From the NCBI GenBank assembly GCA_010909165.1, contig MU008151.1, positions 682,001 through 746,000 on the forward strand: DNA of 64,000 nucleotides. Reading direction: 5' to 3'. The notes below the pieces were generated by a model. The model made no database searches, was not told the origin of the DNA, and saw only the letters and a list, made by a program, of their open reading frames with translations. Positions 1-12,064 of this stretch are shown piece after piece (the stretch's first letter is position 1; every line of letters begins with the position of its first letter). A program made the position numbers and the translations under genes. Source of the DNA: Anthoceros angustus. Taxonomy: Eukaryota > Plantae > Anthocerotophyta.

Positions 1-3000
1 CCCTTACAACCTCCCACTTAAAGGCCAATTTACCTTCAGAGGAGAATGGACTATCTCATGCCCATCGTGTCCGAGCTTGTGCAAATTGTCTCAGAGAGTC
101 CCTTGGTAAGAATATCTCAGGTTCGCCGGTGAACCTTGACAAGTTGTACCTCTCGTCATCCAACACCTCTCGAATGAAGTGATACTTCACATCCACATGT
201 TTAGTCTTCGCATGAAACATCGGATTCTTTGCCAATTGATAGCACTGCTATCACAATGCAACACCGGCACCAACCTTGATCCCCAAGTCTCCCACTAAAC
301 GAGCAAGCCATATGGCTTCCTTGCAAGCCCCGCCACGCAACATACTCGGCCTCCGTGGTAGATAGCGAATGCACGATCGCAAACGAGATCGCCATGAGAC
401 GCCCTCCAAAGGCACGTGAAGACATAACTCGTGGACCTCCTTTGTCCATATCCTCGTGATAATCAGATCTGTACCCAACCACACATGCATCTTCACTACC
501 AAAACATATGCACAAAGCTTTTGTACCATTCAGATACCTCATAACTCCTTTTATCGCCTCCCAATGCTTCTTGCCGTGGTTTGACATAAACTGCTAACCA
601 CTCCCACCGCAAAGGCAATGTCGTGACGTAGCAATCATTGCATACATCAAACTCCCTACCGATGAGTATGGGACCTTCTCCATTTCATTTTGTCCTCCTC
701 GTAGCTTGGGCAATCCGCTTGAAAGTTTCACATATGGAGGCAATGGAGTACCCAATGGCTTCCCTTCTCCATGTTGAAACGCTAGCACCGTTAATGTATT
801 CCTCGAGACAAATAAAGCGCGCTTATGTCTGCTCCGACGAATACGCATGCCAAGTATATGGCTCGCCTCCCAAGTCTCTATTTCAAAGTGAGCATTCAAC
901 TTTGACTTCAACAAATCTCATCAAGACTGCTCAAAGAATTAGCATATCATCCACATAGAGGATCAAAATGAGCAAGCTTTGATCCTTAGCTTGCTTCAGA
1001 TAGAGGCAATGATCCTCATCGCCACGCTTGTAGCCTTGAGAAAGCATAAATGAGTGGAACTTGTGATACCACCTCTGGTGCCTGCTTCAAACCATAAAGG
1101 CTCTTCCTCAACTGACACCGATGCTCTTTGCCTTCTCAACAAAACCTTCATTAATGAGACGCTCTCTTGAAGGTCAACCATGCAAGAATGCCGCCTTGAC
1201 ATCCATCCGTATAAGTTCCATATCATCCCCGGCAACCAAAGCAAGAACACATCGCAAAGTCATTTTGACCATCGGTGAGAAAATCTCATCAAAGTCATAA
1301 CCCCTCTTGCTTGAAACCTCATAACCCGGTTTTGTACTTTGCTCATCGCTATTTGCACTGTGCACTCTATAGGTGCTTGTTCGACTCTGGTTCATCTATC
1401 GTGGAGGAATGTGCCCCATACATTACCACTATCAACCCCGCCATGATGATCATGTCCATCTTCTTGAAGATCACCCTTCGCACCTCCACGTTGGAGTAGG
1501 CTTCCTGCATCTTGTTCTCATTGAAGAACACGTTAGTACGAACAACCTTTCTAGCCTCGATCCCACAAACGATCCCATCTCACCGTAATCACCATAGCCA
1601 AGAAAAATACATTTCTTGGACTTAGGTGCCAACTTGTCCCAAACTCTTTGAACATGGCATGCCTCACCCAAACACTCGCAGATGCTTGTAGGATGGTTTC
1701 TTTCCGCACTATAGCTCCTCGAACTCGCTCATCAAATTTTTATTAGAGATCTAATAAGATGAACCGCAGAGACATCGCTCGCCCAAAACCCATTAGGCAA
1801 TCCGTAGTTTGACAACAAAACCACGATCCTCTCCTCGAATGGTTCTGCTCATCCGCCACCACACCATTTTGTGGAGGAGATACGCAATAATTCTTTGATT
1901 CCTTGGAATCACTGTAATGACCGAAAGCTGAAACATACTGCCACCATTATCCGTCTTAGACACTTCAATCGGTGGCGATCGATTCTCTAAGGGTGACAAA
2001 TTTCAAACACCGTAACTTCATCCTTTTTCCTCAAAGGATAAACCCACACCTTGCGTGAGAAATCATCTATGAAAGTGACAAAATAGAGGCACCGCCTAAT
2101 GATGCAGAGGCATAGGTCCACATACATCAGTGAACCAACTCAAGAGGTTTACTTACTTTTACCGTGTTCGATGTGATGATTTTGTCTGCTTCCCATATAA
2201 ACAAAGGCTCACACATCGAGAGATCGAGAAGTTAAGAATGTGATATAACCGTAACGAGATAAAACCTTCATTCCCTTCTCGAGACATATGTCCTAACCGC
2301 AATGCCACAAGGAAACATTTGGTCGCTCCGCCACGTATCACATGATCTTTGATGTTACTCAAGTGAGTACAAAGTGCCACACTCGATCCACGAGCTAACA
2401 CAAGAGAACCTTGAGATCTTCCAAGAGTGATCCCCAAAACCTGGGGTAACCAAAGATCATCCAACCGCCCCGCGCTAATCATGCTCTTGTCAACTTCGAA
2501 CATGCCTAACGCCCTTCAAAGATGAATGAAGATCCGTTGTCAAACTTGAGTTGCACATCACCACGCCCGCGATCCGCATGCATAGTTATTTCCAAGCCTA
2601 ACGATCCTTTCCTTGTAGCATCATACGTGTTAAACCACTCTATGAGGAGTAACATGGAAAGATGCACCGAGTCAATTATCCAATTGCGTAATAAATGACT
2701 ATCCACTACTGTTAATTGTGCAAGATTCAAGTAAGAAGAGATAAGGACATCTCCGCCTCAACAGTAGTTTAACTCTTCCAACTCGATGCATTTAAGTCGC
2801 CTTGTCCCGCTTCTCTTTCCTTGGTCCTTTTGAACTTCGCACTCTTTGAAGTGACCCTTTGTGACAATAGTGACACTCCACATTCTTGTTACGACTACGA
2901 GATTTGCTACGAGAGAAGCTTCGTCCGCTGCTTCCCTTCGCAGCGGGACCTCCCTCTCACTATGAGGGCACCGGAACCTTTGAAGGTTCCATGTTTTCCT

Positions 3001-4620
3001 GCTCACCTCCTCGCCATGTGCTACCTTCTACATTTACAATGGTAAGACCACTAGCAGGCGTAATTACTCGAGCATCGCATTTAAAGGTGTCCCAACCGTA
3101 ATGTGACCAATGTAAACATAGCCTCACTAACTGGGAACGTGATACCTTGAGATGAGAGTCGGAAAATGGTATTGAAATCATTCGATGATCGGACATCCTC
3201 GTCCCTTCCTTCATCTTCAAGTCCACCAGCTTCAATACACCGAGAAGCCGCACTTTGCTTCTCACAGTGTCACACAACCGCCACAGTAACTCGTGGTCTT
3301 ATCTTTCACATTGAAGTACACTGCTTTTGACAATGTTAGCATGATAGTAGATCTAGCAAGCTCATCCAGTCCCGCCACTCATCCCGGTCATACTATCCGT
3401 TTGACGCCTAACAACTTTATGGGCTTGATCCGCTCGCACTAGAACATTATACACTTGTTCTTTCCAACGGAAGTTAGTACCATCTAACTTCTCGATATTG
3501 AACATGACGCTCGGCGATGAAGACATCATGACTCAAAAATCGATACGATAAAACACTCAACTCGCCTTTGTTAGAAAAGTCAAAGAAGAAAGGCCACCGA
3601 CGTCCGGTATTTTGCCGCTGACTATTCCACCGAGTAATCCGCAATATTTCGCGACTTTTCGCCACCGCCTGCGCACACTCCGCCGCCGCGCCGGCGCCCG
3701 CCTCACACCACGCACTGGGCCTGCGCCACCGCGCCAGACGCCACACGCCATGCCACGCTACGGCCACCACGCCAAGACGGGCGGCTGGGCCACGCGGCCG
3801 CGGCCGCGGCGGCTCGCTGGCCGCGCCGGCTGCCGGCGCGGCCGGCGGCTGCTGCGGCCAAGGCCGCGGCCGCGGCGCGCTGGCGCCGCTCAAGGGGCCT
3901 GGCTCGCATGGGCGCTGCGCTCAAGGCGGCTGGCTCAAGGGGCCTCGCTGGGCTCGCGGGGCTGCCGGGCGGCTGGGCTCAAGGCCTGGGCTCGCGGGCT
4001 CGCCCGCTGCGGCGCCTGGCGGCCGGCCGGCCTGCTGGGCTCGCGGCTCGGCGCAAGGCCGCGGGCTCGGCTCGCTGCTGGCCGCGGCTCGCACGCCTGG
4101 GCGCGCGCCACGCCCCGCTGCGGCTCCGGCGGCTGCTGCGGCCGCGCGCGCTCCGCGCGCCTGCCGCTGCTGCGCCGCCGCTGGCCGGCCGTGCCGCGGC
4201 TCGCCGACGGCCACGCTGCCCGCACGCCCACGCCGGCCTGCCGCGCTGGTCGCGCCGTCGCCTCGCCACGGCGCCCGCGCTCGCCGCGCTCGCAGCCCGC
4301 CGCGATCTCGATCACCGTACCCACGAGCCGCGCCCCGCATAGAAAATTCTAGCATCACAACACAACCAAACCATGGCTCGATACCGCTTGAAGGATCGTC
4401 AGGCGCGGTGGAAAGAGAGGAGGAGGACAAGAGTAGCTCTCTCATTGAGATGAGGCTTGAGGGTATTTATACCTCCAATAGGCTCTAGGAAGCTCCACAA
4501 GAAGCTCTAGGAAGGAGCACAAGAAGCTTCCTAGTGATTAGCTTAAGCTAAACTAATGATACTTAATCGACACCTAACTTAGACTAAGTCGTAAGTACAT
4601 TGGGCTTTAATACCTTACGT
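1..4620 (-). mobile_element. Ty1/copia LTR retrotransposon (degenerate or frameshifted); 3' LTR lies mostly outside the window, outer end of 5' LTR uncertain
   Basis: Domain order gag-PR-INT-RT-RH: gag 'MFNIEKLDGTN' (~3505), protease 'WIIDS' (~2670), GAG-pre-integrase 'RLGHMS', integrase 'YFVTFIDDFSRKVW' and 'TDNGG', 'KLAPKSKKCIFLGY', RT 'MDVKAAFLHG' and 'LYVDDML' (~941-960), RNase H 'TKHVDVKYHFIRE' (~170-205). PPT AAGTGGGAGGT at 9-19 is followed by TGTAAGGG. An iMet-like PBS lies at ~4371-4386 and the LTR boundary TG at 4389. Confidence 0.93.
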
Positions 4621-5480
4621 GATTAGCCCAATGATCCAAGCAAGCGGATCCTTCCGCCCAAGTTGTGACTTAAGCCAGGAGCTATATATGTTTGCCTGCC
4701 GAGAGTATCAACCAACTCCTCTTCCTCGACATTGAGTGGAAGCTCTCTACCATTTGATTGTGGACGCCACACGCTCCATCGCTACATCCTACAGGCCGCT
4801 GTGTAGTTGTTCTATCATCGCCCCCTGCCCACTTGCCCATGAGTTCGTTGAAAGGAGTGGTAGGTTGATTGGTGGTCTTGTCAGATAGGTACATGTGTGA
4901 GCTTTAGTTGCAAGCTAGGTAGTTGTATTCGCATGCACCCCTTCCTCCTTGTTCCATGTGGTTGGAGAATTTAGAGTGACAACAATTGTGTCGGCTAGCG
5001 ATAACAATTGTCGTACCACTAGCCATGGGCTGCTATAGATCGTCTAGAAGACGGGGGAGGGAAGTAAAAGGTCAAACCATTCACAAATATCTCAAATATA
5101 AGTGCTTTGGCCATTCTAAGGTTTACTTATAAATCCATGTGGAGTCTTCATGAGTTGATGGGTATATCCCCTACTAGAAAGGGCAACCTATGTTACAATC
5201 ATTGTTGCAATTTTATGTTACACTTCTAGTTTTATGTTACACTTCTAGATTGCAACATGCTTTGGAGGCTTGGTATTAAGTACACTTTCTTTCCCATGTG
5301 ATGCCACCATCTTAATACCAACATGGTTCTCTCTCCTACCACTTCATCCTCATAATTACATCCCCTCTCTCACAAGCATTGTTTATGATTTCCCACAGGC
5401 AATTGCAACATCAAAGGAGCCCCCTCTCTCTCCCCTATCATCCTCCTCTTTATTACACCCCCTTTGGAGAACTGTTTGAT

Positions 5481-5714
5481 TACCGTACCCCGAGGGGTGG
5501 TTCAACAGGGTAATGCCGAAATAATTATTTTTTGAAAAAATAAGGTTCAACATAAATATTTATATTTTAAAATTTTCAAAATTTATGAAAATATTTTATA
5601 TCAAATTCTAACATTTCTTAGAATACATAGGTATCTATATTGAATTAATAGATAAGTATAGAGCTCCCCTGAATGCCCTAATTTTTCACACAAACTCTAG
5701 TTTAGGGTACGGTA
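5481..5714. mobile_element. Tc1/mariner(pogo)-type MITE, ~230 bp
   Basis: Perfect inverted termini TA-CCGTACCC...GGGTACGG-TA (TA target duplication) around an AT-rich interior. The first ~215 bp recur at 26676-26900. Confidence 0.75.
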
Positions 5715-6504
5715 TGTTTCACCCTGCCCTCTTCATTACACCCTCTCTTGACAACTATTTTTTCATGTCGCCTATACCAAAACATCACTGTAACATGTCT
5801 AACAACTCTCACATTTCCCTCCTACCTCATAACTTCACAATTGCTTTATCAATATTTTTACTTGACCATAGCTATTCATGGGGTGAAGATTAATTTTTTT
5901 TATTTCAACCAGTCCTACAATGATAATAAATGTGCACCCTTCCATTGTGCACTTATATCCATGATAAAGTACAGGATATGTACATACTTATATGTAGATA
6001 AATATAGGGGATATGTATATGTAGATAAATGTATATTATATTAATACTATTAATATAATTATATTATATTAAAATTTTATTTTATATAAAGATGTAAATT
6101 ACTTATTCATTCTAGCCACCAGCATACCTTCTAGCCCTTATCTTACCCAGGTACTCTAATGTAACTTCTATCCCTTGCCCCTAACCAAGTACTCCTATAC
6201 GTATTTTATAATATTATGTTATAATATATAATATTTTAGTATTAATTACATATTATATTAAGGTATAAATTACTTATCAATAGGGCCATCGATGCCGAAC
6301 GTTAAAATTTAGCTTAGCATCCATCAATACTCACTAGTATAGACCGAGATCAAACCCTAAACTTCCTAGTTCTAAGAAATATGCCTTTAATCCACTATTT
6401 TAGTTGGAGCATTAGGATCTCGGATTTATTTGAAGAACCTAGAATATATTTGCCTATGTCTAAGTTCATGGGCGCTGGCCCCATGACTGGAGACGATTCA
6501 AAAG

Positions 6505-6850
6505 CTTAAGGGAGAGGACTTCCCTTCCCTTCTCTTTTACAAGGGAGAGGAGGAGGGGGAGAGGCAAGGAGGAAAAGGGGGAGAGGCATCTGAGGTAGAG
6601 AAAGAGGAGGACCAAGAGGACCAAGAGGAAGCGGAGCTAGAGGGTGAGAGGGAAAGAAAGAGGAGGAGGAGGAGGAGGAGGAGGAGGAGGGGGAGAGGGA
6701 GAGAGAAAGGGAAAGGAAGAGGGTGGGCGATCTCGAGTCCCAAAGATGAGGAGGACAAGAGGGAAGGAGGAGAAGAGGAAAAGCGGAAGGGCAAGAGGGC
6801 GAGATTATAAGGAGGAGAAGGGGGAAAGGGAAAGGAAGAGGAGGAGGCCC
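6505..6850 (+). repeat. Polypurine low-complexity tract with (GGA)n microsatellite
   Basis: The + strand is dominated by G and A; GGA run at ~6661-6690. Confidence 0.85.
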
Positions 6851-7555
6851 GTTCCATGCTGTGATTTCAGGCAAAGACCCGTTCCATGTTATGATTTCCT
6901 ATCTCAAGTTTTCAGCGGATGTGTAAGCAGACTGTGATGTGACGTTAGAGAAGGCGATGGTAGCATGGCGGGGTCTCATGTAAATGTAAAGGTGCAAGCA
7001 GCTACAAGGTGAGGCCAAGACCCGTTCCATGCTGTGATTTCCTCTCTCAAATTTTTAGCTGATGCGTAACCAGAGTGTGATGTGACGTTAGAGAAGGCGA
7101 TGGTAACACGGGGGGTCTCATGTAAATGTACAGCTACAAGCCGATGCAAGGTGAGGCCAAGACCCGTTCCATGCTGTGATTTCCTATCATAAAATTTTAG
7201 TTGATGCGTTACCAAGTTTAGTTGATACAAAGTTTTAGTTGATACAAAGTTAAAATTTTAGTTGATACAAAGTTTTCTCACACTTATGCAACAAATAATA
7301 ATAAATTCATATAAATATAACCAAATATAGTATAATAACACTGAGACACCATCTTATGATCATCGCACATTAAATCTTAAGTAAACTATTTTAGGTCATT
7401 AATCTTCAACGGACTTCAGCAAATTTCTTCCTTTTTCACTTATGCACCTACTTCTTATGATCATCACACATTTAATCTTAAGTGAACTATTTTAGGTCAT
7501 TAATCTTCAATAGACTTCAGCAAATTTTCTTCAATTTCACTTATGCACCTATTTC
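6848..7555. repeat. Local tandem repeats, probably internal or subterminal repeats of a non-autonomous DNA element
   Basis: CCCGTTCCATG(C/T)T(G/A)TGATTTC at ~6848, 6878, 7021 and 7163; AAGTTT(T)AGTTGATACAA repeats at ~7215-7275; two ~103-bp copies at ~7350-7550. Confidence 0.7.
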
Positions 7556-8002
7556 TCCGCTGATGCATAGCTTATACCATATTATTATAAGTGTTTTTGA
7601 ATATATTACTAAAAGTTAAAAATAATTTTTAATAAAACTATTTCATGTACCTTAATAAATACAATTATTGATATTAATAAAATATAATAATTTTTGGTCC
7701 ATAAATGCTATCCAGGAAAACCTTGCATTTATCCCATTCAAGACATACACCTATTTTCATGAGTATATCCATATATTTGTATCAATATATTTTATCAACA
7801 AAAAATATCCACAACAAAAATTGTCCACACTGTACCTTCTACCTTGTATCTTGTACCTTGTACCTTATTCCAGACATATACCTCTATATTCAAAACAACT
7901 TTATGTAAGTAATTCACATTATAATTACTTTACTAAAAAATTATATAGAATCAAACTCATATAAAAATAATACGATCATACAAAATATTTTTTAGGACAT
8001 AC

Positions 8003-8172
8003 TGTAATGGCAAGGAAAGCTGCCCCTCTGAGCTCGGGGCGTGTATTTAACATCCAGCATTTAAACTCTAGCATATGACCACTACGGTGAACTCAGATTT
8101 CGATCCTATCCACACCGTATCTTTCATACGTGTCTGATATGTATCCTATACATATAATATTATATCATTACA
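8003..8172 (-). repeat. 3' LTR of the gypsy element
   Basis: Near-identical to 14755-14933; TG...CA termini. Confidence 0.93.
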
Positions 8173-8234
8173 ACTAACTGGTGAAAAAGACTTCCAAGTC
8201 GGAAGTCGAGGTGATGCCGAGTTGTATATCTAAG

Positions 8235-8370
8235 AATGGTGGGCAAAGGTCAAAGAAGAAAGTGGCTCCCAAGTGGCTTCCGAAAGAGGATAGCTGCGCC
8301 ATAAGACTAAAAAGCGGAGGGAGCGACGAACGTACTTGTGTTGGAGGATGGCCTCGACTTCATACTCAAG
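8235..8370 (-). CDS. Integrase C-terminal chromodomain of the gypsy element
   Basis: Manual translation: EYEVEAILQHKYVRRSLRFLVLWRSYPLSEATWEP. Confidence 0.85.
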
Positions 8371-9929
8371 CGCTTGATCAATGAGCTCGGGAAGTGGTCC
8401 AGTCGGTGGCAGACCATGATAGAGTTTGAGGAGAGCGGAATGAAAAACGTCATGAATACGCCAAGATTGGGGTAGTTGAAGGCGGTAGGCCGTGGCGCCG
8501 ATTTTCTGGAGAATGGTAAAGGGTCCAACCCATCGAGGTTGTAGCTTCCACCGCCCGGAGGTGGAGATGGCGTGTTGATGTAAGTACTAATACCGTTGAA
8601 AATGTTGGTCCCTCCTGTGTGTTGGCGGCTCGGCGTTGCCGATTCGAGCTTCTTGTAATGGGAGCGGCTTCTGATGTCGATGACGTTTGAGCCACGCCCG
8701 CTTGGGTTTGGAGGGAAGGAGGAGGTGGAGTCAACGTGGTACGTGGGTGACAAGCGTGAAGCATGTAAAATGGACTGTACCCAGTAGATAGGTTGGTGGT
8801 GTTATTGCACGCAAATTCCACGATAGAGAGGTAATCTTCCCATTGGTTCTGTTGACGGGCGGCATAAGCACGTAGAGCTGTTTCCACGGATTGGTTCATG
8901 CGCTCCGCTTGTCCATCTGACTGGGTGATACGATGAAAATGAAAAGTGCCCAAGGCATGATGCAAGTCTGTCCAAAAGTGGCTTAAGAACCGAGGGTCCC
9001 GATCAGAAATAATGGTTTATGGAAGGCCGTGTAGTCTGTATACATGACTGAGATAAAGGTGCGCCGTGTCTGTGGCTGTGCAGGCATCCGTAGTGGGGGC
9101 CAAGTGCACCATCTTTGTGAGTCGGTCCACGAAGAGAAGAATAGCATTGTGGCCTTGGGGGGATACAGGAAGGCCCGTAATAAAGTCCATATGTATGACC
9201 TGCCAAGGCTTGTCCGGTATAGGTATGGGTTGGAGGAGTCCGGGTGGAAGTTGTGTGGTAGGTTTGGTCCTCTGACATGTGTCACAAAGGCGTACAATGT
9301 TATGGACATCCGCAACCATACCAGGCCAATAATAATGACGTTGAAGAAGCTTCAGAGTGCGGAGTCTACCAGGATGTGCTGCTGATGGTGGTGAGTGGGC
9401 TTCCTTGAGCAATTGCTGTCGGAGGTGGGGGAGCTGAGGGATGAAGAGTTGTGTTTTGTAAAACAAAATCCATCTTGCCAAGACCAATGATCACTGTTCT
9501 GATCGCAGGGATGCCGGAGTGCGACGGGGTCAGAAGGCAGTGCATTAAGAACATCCTGCAACCATGTTGGTCGATTGGTTGTCAATATTGCCAGACGACC
9601 GCCGAGGCCAAGAACCTTGTTTTCCGCCTCGCTTATAGCCAATGTGAAAATGGAATTGTTGGAAGAACTCAAGCCGGGCTTGTTTTCGTGAAAGATGTGG
9701 TTGAGTCTCAGGTAGCGAGTGGGTGTGATCGCTTTAATATAAAGAGGTGCCTCCACAAAGCACCGCCACTGTCGTAAGGCAAGAACCTGAGCAAGTGTCT
9801 CTTTTTCGTGTACTGAGTAGTTGAGCTCTGGTCCTTTGAATTTGCGACTAAAAAAGGCGATTGGTTGCATGCCCTTCCCAAAATCTTGTTGTAGGACAGC
9901 CCCCGCAGCTTGATCTGAGGCATCTATAG

Positions 9930-12064
9930 TTATGACAAATTGTAAGTGCATATCTGGATGGGCAAGTACCGGGGTCTTGGTAAGGCATTGTTTCAAAGTT
10001 CGGAAGGCTGTCTCTTGCTGTTGTTCCCAAATCCATGGTGTAGTGGTTTTCAACAGGTCCGTCAAGGGAGTGGCAATATGGGCAAACCGGGCGATAAACT
10101 TCCTATAATATGACGCCAATCCAAGAAACGATTGGAGTTGGGTGACTGATATAGGTGTGGGCCAATCCTGGATTGCCTGAACCTTGAGAGGATCAGCCTG
10201 AATTCCCTGTGCTGACACAACATGGCCCAAATACTCAACCTGTGTTGCCATGAATGCACATTTAGGTAATTTTGCGTACAGTTTGGCTGCCCTGAGACGT
10301 CTTAATACCTCTCGCAATAGTCTGACTTGTTCTTCTTTGGATGCAGAGTAGATGAGAATATCATCCATGTAAACGAGGACGCCATGTTCAATAAGGTCAG
10401 AGAAAATATGATTCATGAGGGTGCGGAAGGTTGTTGGGCATTAGTCATGCCAAAGGGCATGACTAACCACTCAAAGTGCCCATACCTTGTATTGAATCTT
10501 TTTTCCACATCCGCTTGCATACGAATTTGATGGTAGCGATGCCGGATCGAGTTTGGAAAAATATGCGATCCCGCAAGCTTTTCCAGATCTCATCAATACG
10601 GGGTAAGGGAAAACAGCTTTGGTTATATTGTTGAGTGCTCAGTAGTCGATACACATCCGTAATGATCCGTCCTTCTTTTAGCAAAAGGATGGGTGCTCGA
10701 ACGGTGATTGGGAAGGTCCGATGTATCCCTTTTTCATAAGGACCTCCACTTGTTTCTGGATTCCTCTATTTCCGGAGGGACATTTTGAACCTTGGTCGGG
10801 ACGGAGGCTTATGCGCCAGTAACAATTCCACACAATGTTGTATTTGTCGCATTGGGGCAATCCCGGATCATGGACTAACACATCCTCATACTCATGCAAT
10901 AATTTGGTGAGCTGTGGTCTCTAATTTTGAATGGGGCCCTGTTTTTGACAATGGACGGATCATACATAAACAAGCTTGGGTATCTTGTCCGAGGAGATCT
11001 AGACATAGCTATGACAAACCGTAATCGCATATCCGGATGGGCGAAATGTACTTGGTAAGACATTGTTTCAAAGTTCGAAGGTCATTTGTTGTTGTTCCCA
11101 AGTCCAAGGTGTAGTGGTTTTCAACAGTCCAAGGAGTGGCAATATGGGCAAACCGGCGATAAACTTCCTATAATATGACGCCAATCCAAGAAACGATTGA
11201 GTTGGGTGATATAGGTGTGGGCCAATCTGGATTGCCCGAACCTTGAGAGGATCACTGAATTCCCTGTCGACACAACATGGCCCAAATACTCAACTGTTGC
11301 CATGAATGCACATTTAGGTAATTTTATGCATTTGGCTGCCCCGAGACGCCTTCTTAATACCTCTCGCAATAAATCGACTTGTTCTTCTTTGGATGCAGTA
11401 GATGAGAATATCATCCATGTAAACGAGGACGCCATGTTCAATAAGGTCGAGAAAATATGGTTCATGAGGGTGCGGAAGGTTGTTGGGCATTAGTCATGCC
11501 AAAGGGCATGACTAACCACTCAAAGTGCCCATACCTTGTATTGAATCTTTTTTCCACATCCGCTTGCATACGAATTTGATGGTAGCGATGCCGGATCGAG
11601 TTTGGAAAAATATGCGATCCGCAAGCTTTTCCAGATCTCATCAATACGGGGTAAGGGAAAACAGCTTTGGTTATATTGTTGAGTGCTCAGTAGTCGATAC
11701 ACATCCGTAATGATCCGTCCTTCTTTTAGCAAAAGGATGGGTGCTCGAACGGTGATTGGGAAGGTCTGATGTATCCTTTTTTCATAAGGATCTCCACTTG
11801 TTTCTGGATTCCTCTATTTCCGGAGGGACATTTTGAACCTTGGTCGGGACGGAGGCTTATGCGCCAGTAACAATTCCACACAATGTTGTATTTGTCGCAT
11901 TGGGGCAATCCCGGATCATGGACTAACACATCCTCATACTCATGCAATAATTTGGTGAGCTGTGGTCTCTAATTTTGAATGGGGCCCTGTTTTTGACAAT
12001 GGACGGATCATACATAAACAAGCTTGGGTATCTTGTCTGAGGAGATCTAGACATAGCTATGACA
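9930..12064 (-). repeat. ~1.07 kb tandem duplication of the RT region inside the gypsy element
   Basis: ~9930-11010 is repeated at ~11010-12064; both junction sides share ATAG(T/C)TATGACA; ORFs 10678..10899 and 11726..11947 are nearly identical. Confidence 0.9.

Noticed and set aside
3474-4445. Long overlapping Arg/Ala/Gly-rich ORFs on both strands
   Set aside because: By-product of the very GC-rich copia leader lacking stop codons; no domain motifs.
6506-6937. Pro/Ser/Leu-rich and Gly/Glu/Arg-rich ORFs
   Set aside because: Translations of a polypurine low-complexity tract.
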